A stretch of DNA of 33,999 bases, from contig JAZKSB010000002.1 in assembly GCA_036626315.1 (NCBI GenBank), positions 1 to 33,999 on the forward strand, given 5' to 3'. Positions 17,309 through 26,328 of this stretch are shown here, one piece after another. Position 1 is the first letter of the stretch; each line of letters begins with the position of its first letter. The DNA is from Halobacteriales archaeon (GTDB taxonomy: Archaea > Halobacteriota > Halobacteria > Halobacteriales > PXRE01). Position numbers and translations under genes: made by a program. Below the pieces are notes generated by a model, which worked only from the letters and a program-made list of their open reading frames with translations, had not been told where the DNA came from and made no database searches.

Positions 17309-18973
17309 TTACTCCTCGACGCTGACCCGGTTCAGGAACGGACCGCTGATCGGAGCGATAGTGAACCCGCTCACGCGCTCGTGGACTCCGCGGAGTTCCT
17401 GTGCGTGGTCGAGGAACACCCACGGCGCCTCCTCGTTTGCGATCTCGGAGGCCTGCTGGTACTTGTCGCGGCGGGTATCCTCGTCGTAGGTAGCCTGGGC
17501 CTCCTCGACGAGCCTGGTGTACTCCTCGTTGGCCCACGCCGCCGCGTTCAGCGTGTTGAAGTCCTCGCTGTCGTAGCTGATCCAGTCCTGGTCGTCCGGG
17601 AGACCGTCCGCCGGAACGCCCGGATGCAACAGCGCGAAGAAGAAGTTGTCCGGGTCGGCGTTGTCGGTCATCCACCCGAGGAAGCAGACGTCGTGGTTGC
17701 CCGCGTCCGTGTACTCGAGGAAGGCGTTGAACTCCATCGTGTTGACCGTCGCGGAGATGCCGATCTCCTCGAGGTTGGACTTCAGGAGCTGGGCCGCCGA
17801 GTCCGGCGAGGGGTTGTACGTGCGGGGGTTGCGGAACGTCGCGATCTCGATCTCGAAGCCGTCGCCGTATCCGGCCTCCTCCAGCAGGCTCTGGGCCTCG
17901 TCGAGGTCACGGTCGTAGTCGGTGACGTCCTCGCTGTAGCCGGTCATGTTCTCGGGGACCGGCTGGTTGGCCTGCACGGCCAGACCGCTGTACACCTCAT
18001 CGACCAGCGCCTGGGTGTCCACGGCGTAGTTGAACGCCTGGCGCACCCGCTTGTCCTTGAACTCGTCGCGGCGGTCCATGTTCATCGCGACGTAGCCGAC
18101 GTTGATGCCCGGGGTCGTCACCAGTTCGGCGTTGCCCGCGTCGTCGACGGTGCCGCTCGTCTGGGCGTCGAGGCCATCGATGACGTCGACCTCGCCGGCC
18201 TGCAGCGACTGCGCCCGCGAGGAGTTGCTCGTGATCTCGCTGAACACGACCTCCTCGACGCTGGCCTTCGTCCCCCAGTAGTCGCCGTTCCGGGACAGCC
18301 GGATGGTCCCGTTGGACTGGTTCCACTCGTCGAACTCGAAGGGACCGGTCCCGACGGGAGTGTCGCTGAGCGAGTCGTCGCCCTCGATGGCCGCCTTCGA
18401 GAGCATCCCGAACGCGAACACCGCGAGGTTCCGCAGCATCGGCGCGTGCTTTTCTGCCAGTTCGAGTTCGACCGTGTAGTCGTCGGGCGTGTTGACCTGC
18501 TCGACGATTCCCAGCAGATACGGTCCGTAGTACGACCGCGTGTCGTTGCCGACGAAGTTCTCGTAGTTCTCGTCGAGGAACCGCCGGTACGTCGCCTTGA
18601 AGTCCGCCGAGGTGAACTCCTCGCCGCTGTGGAACTCCACGCCCTCGCGGAGGTTCAGCGTGACCGTCGTGCCGTCGAGGTCGAAACTCTGTGCCAGCCC
18701 CTCGGTGAGCGTCGTCTCGCCGGGGTTGAAGTGGATCACCTGGTCGTACACCTGCTGGGTGACCTTCGCGTCCTCGCCCGAGGAGGTCGCCTGCGGGTCC
18801 AGCGTCCCGGAGTCGTTGCCCCGGGCGTACGTGACGGTGCCACTGACCTCGCCCTGCGTTTGCGTGTCCGTTCCCTGCCCGGTGATACACCCGGCAGTCG
18901 TCATTGCCACGGCAGCCGACCCGCCGGCTGCTTTCAGAAACGTTCGCCGTTCCATTTGCTGATCCTGCGCCAT
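17309..18973 (-). CDS. dppA: ABC transporter substrate-binding lipoprotein, family 5 (peptide/nickel, DppA/OppA type), Tat-exported
   Basis: Twin-arginine signal MERRTFLKAAGG followed by the lipobox TTAGC. 554-aa SBP family 5 architecture. An alternative start is ATG 18955. Confidence 0.88.
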   Translation of the reverse strand: MAQDQQMERRTFLKAAGGSAAVAMTTAGCITGQGTDTQTQGEVSGTVTYARGNDSGTLDPQATSSGEDAKVTQQVYDQVIHFNPGETTLTEGLAQSFDLDGTTVTLNLREGVEFHSGEEFTSADFKATYRRFLDENYENFVGNDTRSYYGPYLLGIVEQVNTPDDYTVELELAEKHAPMLRNLAVFAFGMLSKAAIEGDDSLSDTPVGTGPFEFDEWNQSNGTIRLSRNGDYWGTKASVEEVVFSEITSNSSRAQSLQAGEVDVIDGLDAQTSGTVDDAGNAELVTTPGINVGYVAMNMDRRDEFKDKRVRQAFNYAVDTQALVDEVYSGLAVQANQPVPENMTGYSEDVTDYDRDLDEAQSLLEEAGYGDGFEIEIATFRNPRTYNPSPDSAAQLLKSNLEEIGISATVNTMEFNAFLEYTDAGNHDVCFLGWMTDNADPDNFFFALLHPGVPADGLPDDQDWISYDSEDFNTLNAAAWANEEYTRLVEEAQATYDEDTRRDKYQQASEIANEEAPWVFLDHAQELRGVHERVSGFTIAPISGPFLNRVSVEE

Positions 18974-18997
18974 AACAAGACCCCATCTACGCCCGGG

Positions 18998-19006
18998 ACT
19001 TAAGTA
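18998..19006 (-). promoter_or_regulatory. TATA-like box (TACTTAAGT on the minus strand) for the substrate-binding protein gene
   Basis: It lies 25-33 nt upstream of ATG 18973, consistent with a leaderless transcript. Confidence 0.4.
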
Positions 19007-19105
19007 TGTCGGTAAACGTTGCCGGGGTCCCCAGTGACAAGTGTCGCTTTCGCTGGTAGGTCTACCTGGGACGGACCGCAGTCGATCAGGTCGGCGGTGG
19101 TAGGC

Positions 19106-19232
19106 GGTCAGTCCGGGCGGAGATGACAGACCGTCAGTCCGGAAGGAGATGGCAGGCGGTCAGTCCGGGCGGAGATGACGGACCGTCAGTCGGCAGCGGC
19201 AAGCGGTCAGTCCGGATGGAGATGGCAGGCGG
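19106..19232 (-). repeat. Five tandem units of about 26 bp, each ending in GACTGA. The first unit is the last 8 codons plus stop of the ABC ATPase gene.
   Basis: Minus-strand units are CCGCCTGCCATCTCCATCCGGACTGA (the CDS end, AACHLHPD-stop), CCGCTTGCCGCTGCCGACTGA (degenerate), CGGTCCGTCATCTCCGCCCGGACTGA, CCGCCTGCCATCTCCTTCCGGACTGA and CGGTCTGTCATCTCCGCCCGGACTGA. Confidence 0.8.
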
Positions 19233-21693
19233 CAGGGTGTTCGCTCTCGCCCAGTTCCGGATGCTCGCGCTCGCAGACGCTGTGTATCTGCTCCCGCAGC
19301 GCGGATTCCGCGGCGGCCCAGTCGCCCGCCGCGAGGTGTCGGCCCGCGGTCTCGACGACCTCCCGAACCGGGCCGGTGGGGGGATCGGAGAAGAACTCCG
19401 CTATCAGTTCCTCGACGAACGCCTCGTCGCCCGGCGACCGCTCCGGCGGCGCGCCCACGCCGCCGTCCGCGACCGCGGCGGCGCCGCTTTCCCCCACCGC
19501 CCGCTCGCGCAGCGCCGCCAGATCGACGGCTTCGTCCTCGACCCGCTGGCGGAGAGTCATCGCCTCCCGGAACCGCTCCTGGTCGACCTCGAGGTCCTCG
19601 GGGGGGATGACCTGCGGGCACCGGGTCCGGAACCGACAGCCCGACGGCGGATCGCTCGGGCTCGGCACGTTGCCCTCCAGGATGATGCGGTCCTCGCCGG
19701 TCGCGGACGGATCGGGCTCCGGGATCGCCGACAGTAGCGACTGCGTGTAGGGGTGTTTCGGGTCGGCGAACAGTTCGTCGGTCTCGGCGAGTTCCACGAT
19801 CTCGCCCAGGTACATCACGGCCACGCGGTCGGAGACGTGCCGGACGACGCTGAGATCGTGAGCGATGAACAGGTAGGTCAGCCCGAACTCCTCCTGCAGG
19901 TCCTCCATGAGGTTGAGGATCTGGGCCTGGACGGAGACGTCGAGTGCGCTGACCGGCTCGTCCGCGACGATGAACTCCGGATCCACCGCCAGCGCTCGCG
20001 CGATGCCGACCCGCTGGCGCTGGCCGCCGGACAGTTCGTGGGGATACCGGTCGAGCTGGTCGACCGACAGCCCCACCGCCTCGATCAGTTCGCGGACCCG
20101 CTCGCGACGCTGCTGCCGACGGGAGGTCCCCTCGGAGGGATCCTCTTCGGGGAGGTCGTGAATCTTTAGCGGTTCGCCGATGGTCTGGCGGACGGTCATC
20201 CGGGGGTCCAGACTCGACAGCGGGTCCTGGAAGATCATCTGCAGGTCCTTGCGGGTCTCCCGGAGCGCATCCCTGTCCAGGTCCGCGAGGTTCTCGCCGG
20301 CGTACAGGACCCGCCCGTCGGTCGGCTCCAGCAGCCGGAGGATGGTCCGACCGGTCGTCGACTTCCCGCAGCCGGACTCGCCGACCAGCCCCAGGGTTTC
20401 GCCCTCCCGGACGTCGAAGTCGACGCCGTCGACTGCCCTGACGCTCATCGGCTCGTCGGACAGCCACCTGTCGAGCCAGTCGTCGGCGCGGCTGAAGTGC
20501 TTTTTCAGGCCGTCGACCTCCAGCAACGTGTCGCCTATCTCGTGGCCGCCGGTGGTCAGGCCCGCCTCGTCGCCGCCGTACTCGCTCTCGTCGAACGTCT
20601 CGAGGACGCACTTCGAGCGGTGGTCGACGTCCGGGTCGCCGTGCTGGAGATACGGGATCTCTCCCTGGGTGCACTCGGGCTGGACCCACGGACACCGCGG
20701 CGCGAAGTGACACCCGTCGGGCATGTCGATGAGGTCGGGGACGTTGCCCTCGATGGGAGTGAGCCGGTCGCGCTCGTCGCGGGGGATCGACTCGAGCAGC
20801 GCGTACGTGTAGGGATGGCTCGGGTTCGCGAAGATCTCCTCGACCGGCCCCTCCTCGACGATGTTGCCGGCGTACATCACCGCGACCCGGTCGGCGACCT
20901 CGGCGATGACTCCCAGGTCGTGGGTGATGAACAGCACGCTCATGCCAAGTTCGTCCTGGAGGTCGCCGATGAGGTCCAGGATCTGGGCCTGGATGGTCAC
21001 GTCCAGCGCCGTCGTCGGCTCGTCGGCGATGAGCAGTTGCGGACGGCTGGCCAGCGCGATGGCGATCAGCACCCGCTGGCGCATCCCCCCGGAGAACTCG
21101 TGGGGGTACTCCGAGAGCCGGTCGGTGGCCTCGGGGATGCCGACCTCACGCAGGATCTCGACGGTGTCGTCGGCGACCTGCCGGTCCATGTCGTCGCCGA
21201 GTTTCGGCAGGACCTCCCTGATGGCGTTGAACCAGTTGTCCGACCGCTTCTTGCCGTACCGGTGGAGTCGCAGGCTCTCTGCGACCTGCTCGCCGACGGT
21301 GACCGCGGGGTTGAGCGACGTCATCGGGTCCTGGAAGATCATGCTCATCTCCCCGCCGCGGACGTCCCGCATCGCCGTCTCCGGCGCCGCCGTGAGGTCG
21401 ATGGTGCCGTCCGACAGGTCGACGAACTGCTGGGCGTCGGCGTACCGGTCGTCGAACTCCGCGGCCAGGTCCGGGTCTTGGAACGTGACCGTTCCGTCGG
21501 CGACGTAGCCCGGGTCGTCGATGAGGCCCATCGCCGACAGCGCCGTCACGCTCTTGCCCGACCCGGACTCGCCGACGAGGCCGACCGTCTCGCCCGCTTC
21601 GATCGACAGGTCGACGTCCTCGACGGCGCGGACGGCCCCGCGGTCGGTGTCGAACCGCGTGTGGAGCCCGGAAATGTCCAGTAGGTCGGTCAC
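19207..21693 (-). CDS. Fused double ABC ATPase (DppD-DppF / OppD-OppF fusion) with a C-terminal insertion
   Basis: Two complete NBDs. Walker A GESGSGKS and GESGCGKS, signatures FSGGMRQR and LSGGQRQR, Walker [13 protein letters not shown] and [12 protein letters not shown]. Each NBD is followed by an oligopeptide-type Cys motif. The start is set at GTG 21693 ([14 protein letters not shown]), 27-34 nt downstream of a TATA-like CTATTT. The alternative is ATG 21735. The remaining 237 N-terminal codons of the 1079-aa track ORF overlap the divergent gene and are shadow. Confidence 0.85.
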   Translation of the reverse strand: MTDLLDISGLHTRFDTDRGAVRAVEDVDLSIEAGETVGLVGESGSGKSVTALSAMGLIDDPGYVADGTVTFQDPDLAAEFDDRYADAQQFVDLSDGTIDLTAAPETAMRDVRGGEMSMIFQDPMTSLNPAVTVGEQVAESLRLHRYGKKRSDNWFNAIREVLPKLGDDMDRQVADDTVEILREVGIPEATDRLSEYPHEFSGGMRQRVLIAIALASRPQLLIADEPTTALDVTIQAQILDLIGDLQDELGMSVLFITHDLGVIAEVADRVAVMYAGNIVEEGPVEEIFANPSHPYTYALLESIPRDERDRLTPIEGNVPDLIDMPDGCHFAPRCPWVQPECTQGEIPYLQHGDPDVDHRSKCVLETFDESEYGGDEAGLTTGGHEIGDTLLEVDGLKKHFSRADDWLDRWLSDEPMSVRAVDGVDFDVREGETLGLVGESGCGKSTTGRTILRLLEPTDGRVLYAGENLADLDRDALRETRKDLQMIFQDPLSSLDPRMTVRQTIGEPLKIHDLPEEDPSEGTSRRQQRRERVRELIEAVGLSVDQLDRYPHELSGGQRQRVGIARALAVDPEFIVADEPVSALDVSVQAQILNLMEDLQEEFGLTYLFIAHDLSVVRHVSDRVAVMYLGEIVELAETDELFADPKHPYTQSLLSAIPEPDPSATGEDRIILEGNVPSPSDPPSGCRFRTRCPQVIPPEDLEVDQERFREAMTLRQRVEDEAVDLAALRERAVGESGAAAVADGGVGAPPERSPGDEAFVEELIAEFFSDPPTGPVREVVETAGRHLAAGDWAAAESALREQIHSVCEREHPELGESEHPAACHLHPD

Positions 21694-21798
21694 TGGGCCG
21701 TACTGAAGAGCGTGGGGGCAAATAGCTTTCCACATTCGAAGTCTCGCGAGGAAGGACGAACCGGCGTGCTTAACACGCCGGCACCGCTGGAATCGGCC

Positions 21799-22341
21799 AT
21801 GACCGACGACCCGGCCGACGAAACGGAACCGCCCGCCGCCCCTGAGGGAACCGCCGGGGGCGGCGGGGCCGCACCGCTGAACGCGGTCACCGGGCTCTGG
21901 CAGGACGTCATCGCCGACATGGAGGCGACCGCCGAGGGGTACCGCGAGCGGGGCTGGACGGTCGTGGAGGTCCACCCCGGCGACGTCGCGGTCCCGGAGG
22001 GCCGGGAGGGCGGCCGCTGGGGGCTGGACGTGCTCGTCCCCGACGGCGAGTTCGACGAGATGGAGCGTCTCGTCGAGGGCGACCCCGCGTTCGACGAGAG
22101 CGAGGTGTACCGCGGCAAGAGCGGCGGCCTCGTCCTGCTGGTGGTGGCGATGCTCGACCCCGACACCGAGCACGCCATCCTGTTTCCGGTCTACTACGAC
22201 GAAAAGCGGGCCAGGGACGTGCTCGACCGGGCGATAGAGGAGGGGGAACTGCCCACCCACCTCCGGCCGCTCGACGAGCGGGCAGTCGTGACCTTCCGCC
22301 ACGAGGCCGTCGACCTGTTTCTGCCGGACGACGACGCGTAA
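21799..22341 (+). CDS. Conserved haloarchaeal hypothetical protein, acidic, 180 aa
   Basis: ATG 21799 ([10 protein letters not shown]), high GC3, acidic composition. A TATA-like GCTTAACAC lies about 25-30 nt upstream. Confidence 0.65.
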   Translation: MTDDPADETEPPAAPEGTAGGGGAAPLNAVTGLWQDVIADMEATAEGYRERGWTVVEVHPGDVAVPEGREGGRWGLDVLVPDGEFDEMERLVEGDPAFDESEVYRGKSGGLVLLVVAMLDPDTEHAILFPVYYDEKRARDVLDRAIEEGELPTHLRPLDERAVVTFRHEAVDLFLPDDDA

Positions 22342-22487
22342 CCGGCCCCGCGTCGTCAACCACTTCACCGGGGGCGGGTCGGTCCGCGGGACCGTCGGCC
22401 GGACGCTGTGCGCCCGGGGGCGCTCGTTCGGAGCCGTCAGCGGCATCGGTCACGAGGACCGCCGGGTCCCGGGGAATCCGGCGTGAG

Positions 22488-23441
22488 CTACTCCCGAAGG
22501 TCGTGGCCGCAGTTGGGACACTCCTCGTAGCGCAGTCCCTCGCTGGCCTCCCGGACCTCCCGCATGACCGCGGATATCCGGTCTTCGGCCTCCAGTTCCT
22601 CCTCGACGCTGAGTTCGACCCCCTCGACCTCCAGCAGGAACTTCGCGACCTCGGTGACCTCGTACATCAGTTCGTCCAGGTCCTCGGGCGTGAAGAAGTC
22701 CGACATCGCGCCGTACAGAAACGTCGCCCCCGCCATCCGGACCTTCTCCTCGAACGAACTCCGGGCCTGGTTGACCGCCTGGGGGCTGTAGGTGTCCTCC
22801 ATGAAGGGGACGAGTTCCGGCAGGTTCTCGCCGATCTTGGTCATCTCGACGCCGGTCTCAGTCCGGAAGTCCGAGCACAGGCGTGCGATGGCCCATTCGC
22901 GCGCCGTGATGTAGGTGCGCTCGCGGAGGAACTCGTTGACCCGCTCGTACTGGGCGCCGTCCATCTTCTTGAACCGCTCGTACTTGCGGACGTCCTCGGG
23001 CATCTCATCGGCGGGGGCGTCCGGTTCGGCGTTGCCGTGGCGCGTGCCGGCCTCGCGGTCCTCGCCGTTTTCGGCGCCACCCTCGCTCTCTTCGACGCTC
23101 CCCTCGACGTCGCCAGCGTCGCCCTCGCCCCCTTCGACGCCGCCCCTGCCATCGGCCCCGCTCTCGTCGCCCGCCGGGGGTGACTCCGCGGCGTCGTCGC
23201 CGGACGCCCCGTCCCCGGCGCTCGTTTCCGCGACGCCGTCGTCGGTCGCCCCGCCGGCGGGCGCCGTCTCCACGGTGCTGTCGTCGGGTGCTCCGCGTCC
23301 GGCGTCCGCCCGGTCGTCGCTTCCACGCGCTCTTCCGCCCCCGGGTCCGGACGCCACGTCCCGGGCGGCGTCGACCTGCTCGTCGGCGGCATCGCCCTCG
23401 CGGTCGGCGGTTCCGTCGGGCGAATCCTCCTCGTCAGTCAT
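22488..23441 (-). CDS. Hypothetical protein with a 150-aa hyper-acidic disordered N-terminal region, a conserved helical C-terminal domain and a terminal CPNCGH motif
   Basis: ATG 23441 (MTDEEDSPDG). The N-terminal half is D/E/G/A low complexity. The C-terminal half (YERFKKMDGAQYERVNEFLRERTYITAREWAIARLC...) is protein-like. The protein ends in ECPNCGHDLRE. Confidence 0.7.
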   Translation of the reverse strand: MTDEEDSPDGTADREGDAADEQVDAARDVASGPGGGRARGSDDRADAGRGAPDDSTVETAPAGGATDDGVAETSAGDGASGDDAAESPPAGDESGADGRGGVEGGEGDAGDVEGSVEESEGGAENGEDREAGTRHGNAEPDAPADEMPEDVRKYERFKKMDGAQYERVNEFLRERTYITAREWAIARLCSDFRTETGVEMTKIGENLPELVPFMEDTYSPQAVNQARSSFEEKVRMAGATFLYGAMSDFFTPEDLDELMYEVTEVAKFLLEVEGVELSVEEELEAEDRISAVMREVREASEGLRYEECPNCGHDLRE

Positions 23442-23606
23442 GTCCCCGATTACCCCGGCCCCCCGGAAAAGAGTGTCGAGGGGTCGGAACCGTCCTCGCG
23501 GCCCAGGGTACGGGGAATGCCGAAGGGCAGGAACTGCCCGCCCGACGACCGGCCACGGACAGTGTCGAGAGGGCGGGACTGCCCGCTCGACCCGGCGGCG
23601 CAACCG

Positions 23607-23613
23607 TTTAAAA
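23607..23613 (+). promoter_or_regulatory. TATA box (TTTAAAA) for the first USP gene
   Basis: 29 nt upstream of ATG 23636. Same spacing as the other USP promoters in this window. Confidence 0.45.
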
Positions 23614-23635
23614 GCCGGGCGCCGACCCACCACGT

Positions 23636-24028
23636 ATGAACATACTGCTGGGAATCGGGGGAACCAATGACTCGTTTACCGCCCTGGAGCGAGTCGTCGA
23701 GCGAACCGCCGAGACGGGCGACGAACTCGTCGTCGCCGTCATCGACAACCTCGAGACCGACGTCGACCCGTCGGAACTCGAAGAGCGGGCCCGCGAGGCG
23801 GTCGCCGACGCAGGCCTCGCGGTGGCCGACGACCCGAGCGAGGGCGTCGTGATCCGCCACGTCGAGGGTCACCCCGGGCCACGACTCGTCGAGATCGCGG
23901 ACCAGGAGAACTTCGACCGCATCGCGCTCGGCGGCGGCCAGCGGAGCCCGATGGGGAAGATCGCGATCGGCGAAGTCGCCGAGTTCGTCCTGCTGAACGC
24001 CCGCACCACCGTCACGCTCGTACGATGA
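23636..24028 (+). CDS. Universal stress protein (UspA-family), short form
   Basis: 130 aa. MNILLGIGGTNDS...ELVVAVID...RIALGGGQRSPMGKIAIGEVAEFVLLNARTTVTLV matches the USP alpha/beta fold and G-x2-G-x9-G(S/T)-like region. Confidence 0.75.
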   Translation: MNILLGIGGTNDSFTALERVVERTAETGDELVVAVIDNLETDVDPSELEERAREAVADAGLAVADDPSEGVVIRHVEGHPGPRLVEIADQENFDRIALGGGQRSPMGKIAIGEVAEFVLLNARTTVTLVR

Positions 24029-24624
24029 CCGGTCGACGCTACCCCGACGACCCGGAGGGACTGTTCCCGGAGCCGCCGCGGACCGTCGAGGACCGCGAGG
24101 ACCGTGACATCGACCTACAGGGCTACGAGCCCGGCAGCGACATCCCCGCCGCCCTGGTCACGATGTACGAGGACTTCGATCCGTCTGACCGCGCACAGGG
24201 CATCCCGCCCAGCGGCGAGCCCAGGATCAGAGACTGGCTGGACGAACTGTTCGGGTCGGGCTACAATGTCGTCGCCTGGCACGACGAGACCGCCGCCGGC
24301 CACGCCACGCTAGTCCCGGACGAGCAGGACGACGAGTTCGTCGGGGCCGGCGATCCGGACGACCGGGACCCGCCCCAGTACGAACTCGCCATCTTCGTCC
24401 TGCAGTCCTACCAGCAGGCCGGGATCGGGACGGCATTGCTGGAAACCCTGCTCGGGTTCGGCGCCACCCACGGAGTCGAGCGCGTGTGGCTGACCGTCGA
24501 GCAGTGGAACCGCCCCGCGATCAACCTCTACGAGGCCATCGGGTTCGAGACGGTCGACGCCCGGTCGTTCGAGCGGGAGATGGGCATCCGGGTCGAGACG
24601 CCCGGCGAGCGGACGCCGGAGTGA
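24025..24624 (+). CDS. GNAT-family N-acetyltransferase
   Basis: 199 aa. Acetyl-CoA binding motif A QQAGIGTALLETLL, then LTVEQWNRPAINLYEAIGFE. The start overlaps the upstream USP stop as ATGA (24025-24028). Confidence 0.8.
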   Translation: MTGRRYPDDPEGLFPEPPRTVEDREDRDIDLQGYEPGSDIPAALVTMYEDFDPSDRAQGIPPSGEPRIRDWLDELFGSGYNVVAWHDETAAGHATLVPDEQDDEFVGAGDPDDRDPPQYELAIFVLQSYQQAGIGTALLETLLGFGATHGVERVWLTVEQWNRPAINLYEAIGFETVDARSFEREMGIRVETPGERTPE

Positions 24625-24642
24625 CTCCGGGGTGCCCCCGGG

Positions 24643-25095
24643 TCACACCGACAGCACCGGCTGTGAGGCGTACAGCAGCACGTACTCCGCCGCCTTCTCC
24701 AGCACCTCCGTGGGTTCGCCTGACTGTGGCTCCCGGGGAACGACGACGAAGTCAGCCTCGATCTCCTCGGCGTGGTCGAGGATGACGCTGCCGGGGTGCT
24801 GGGTCTTCCGGCGAGTCGAGAAGCCGTAGGTCGTCGCAGTCGACAGGTCCACGCCGTGGTCGTCGGCGAGGGCCCGGACCTCGTCAAGGTACGCCTCGGC
24901 CTCCTCGGCGACGGCCTCCTTCTCGACGGCGCCGGATTCGATCCCCCGGGCCAGCTGCTCGCCGACGACGTACACCGCCCGTACAGCGGCGTCGTACCGG
25001 TCGGCGATCGCCACGGCGTACTCGGCGGCCTCCGTGGACTCCTCGCTGCCGTCGACCGGCACGAGCACCAGGTCCACCTCGACTGGCGCGTCCAT
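24643..25095 (-). CDS. Universal stress protein
   Basis: 150 aa. LVPVDGSEESTEAAEYAVAIA...AVYVV and a C-terminal ATP-binding-like region. A TATA-like GATTTAC (reverse complement of 25121-25127) lies 26-32 nt upstream. Confidence 0.8.
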   Translation of the reverse strand: MDAPVEVDLVLVPVDGSEESTEAAEYAVAIADRYDAAVRAVYVVGEQLARGIESGAVEKEAVAEEAEAYLDEVRALADDHGVDLSTATTYGFSTRRKTQHPGSVILDHAEEIEADFVVVPREPQSGEPTEVLEKAAEYVLLYASQPVLSV

Positions 25096-25249
25096 GTCTC
25101 TGCCGAAGACGTGCCGACAGGTAAATCCTCCCCCCTCGTCCCGGACAGTCGGCTCCCGCGCTCCGACCGGACACGCCAGTACGATCCCCGCCCTCCGGCC
25201 CGGCTTTTGATACCGGACATTTTTTCACTTCCGGTGGCGACCGTCGTAC

Positions 25250-25696
25250 ATGGACCGCGCACTCGCAGTCGTCGAGGCGGACGAAGCGACCAAAGATCTG
25301 GTCAGGGAGGCCGGCGAACTCGCCGGCGGCGTCGGTGCCGAACTCGTCCTCGTCCACGTGACCGGCGAAGACGAGTACGAGGAGCGCCGGAGCGACCTGG
25401 AGTCGATCACCGAACTGGACGTCTCCTACGGCATCGAGAAGGCCAAAGACGGGGCCGCCCAGTTCGCCAGCGACATCGGCCGCGAGGTGCTGTCGGACGT
25501 CGACGTCGAGTGGGATGCGATCGGCCGGGTCGGGATGAAGGGGGACACCGTCCTGTCCACGGCGGAATCGCTCGACTGCGACCACGTCTTCATCGCGGGC
25601 GAGAAGCGCTCGCCCGCCGGAAAGGCCGTCTTCGGCGACGTCACCCAGGAGGTCATCCTGGAGTTCGACGGCGCCGTGACGGTCGTCACGGTTTGA
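25250..25696 (+). CDS. Universal stress protein
   Basis: 148 aa. LVLVHV..., FIAGEKRSPAGKAVFGDVTQEVILEFDGAVTVV. A T-rich box lies at 25219-25225. Confidence 0.78.
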   Translation: MDRALAVVEADEATKDLVREAGELAGGVGAELVLVHVTGEDEYEERRSDLESITELDVSYGIEKAKDGAAQFASDIGREVLSDVDVEWDAIGRVGMKGDTVLSTAESLDCDHVFIAGEKRSPAGKAVFGDVTQEVILEFDGAVTVVTV

Positions 25697-25771
25697 GCGG
25701 TCGGCGCCCGACCGGCGAGACGACTCGCCGTGCCGGCGGTCGACTGTGGCCAGATCGCTCGTCCCCATGCG

Positions 25772-25778
25772 TTTTAAG
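25772..25778 (+). promoter_or_regulatory. TATA box (TTTTAAG) for the fourth USP gene
   Basis: 31 nt upstream of ATG 25803. Confidence 0.45.
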
Positions 25779-25802
25779 CCGTCAGGGGGGAAAGTCCCGG
25801 GC

Positions 25803-26249
25803 ATGATCGACACCGTGGTCGTCGCCACCGACGGGTCCGACAGCGTCGAGCGCGCGGTGACCGTAGCGCTGGACCTCGCCGACCGCTTCGATGCAGAGGT
25901 CCACGCGCTGTACGTCGTCGACGAGGGCGAGGTGGAGTCGGCACCCGATGAGATGCGGTCGGAACTGCGGACGGCCCTGACCGAGCGGGGCGAAGATGCC
26001 ACCGGGACGGTCGCCGACGCCGCCGAGCGGCCGGTGACGACCGCCTTCAGGGAGGGCCGGCCCGCCTCGAAGATCGCCGACTACGCCCGCGAGACGGAGG
26101 CCAACGTGGTCGCCGTCGGGACCCGCGGCCGCCACGGCGAGCACCGCTTTCTCGTCGGTAGCGTCGCCGAGCGGGTGGTCCGAACCTGTCCGGTCCCCGT
26201 GCTGACCGTGCGACAGATGACCGAGGAGAACGCCGGCGAGGCGGCCTGA
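25803..26249 (+). CDS. Universal stress protein
   Basis: ATG 25803 gives MIDTVVVATDGSDSVERAVTVALDLA...VHALYVVD...VVAVGTRGRHGEHRFLVGSVAERVVRTCPVPVLTV, the canonical USP motifs. Confidence 0.85.
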   Translation: MIDTVVVATDGSDSVERAVTVALDLADRFDAEVHALYVVDEGEVESAPDEMRSELRTALTERGEDATGTVADAAERPVTTAFREGRPASKIADYARETEANVVAVGTRGRHGEHRFLVGSVAERVVRTCPVPVLTVRQMTEENAGEAA

Positions 26250-26328
26250 CGGGCGCACCCGGAGGTCGCCGCCCGCGCCGTGGCCAGGAACCGGCAGTCC
26301 TTTGGACCGGCCTCCCCTCCGGAGTAGC

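Noticed and set aside
21694-22446. N-terminal 250 codons of the 1079-aa track ORF (19207..22446) as part of the ABC ATPase
   Set aside because: This part is non-protein-like (Arg/Val/Gly-rich) and overlaps the credible divergent gene 21799..22341 on the other strand. The ABC domain begins at [10 protein letters not shown] (GTG 21693), with a TATA-like box about 30 nt upstream.
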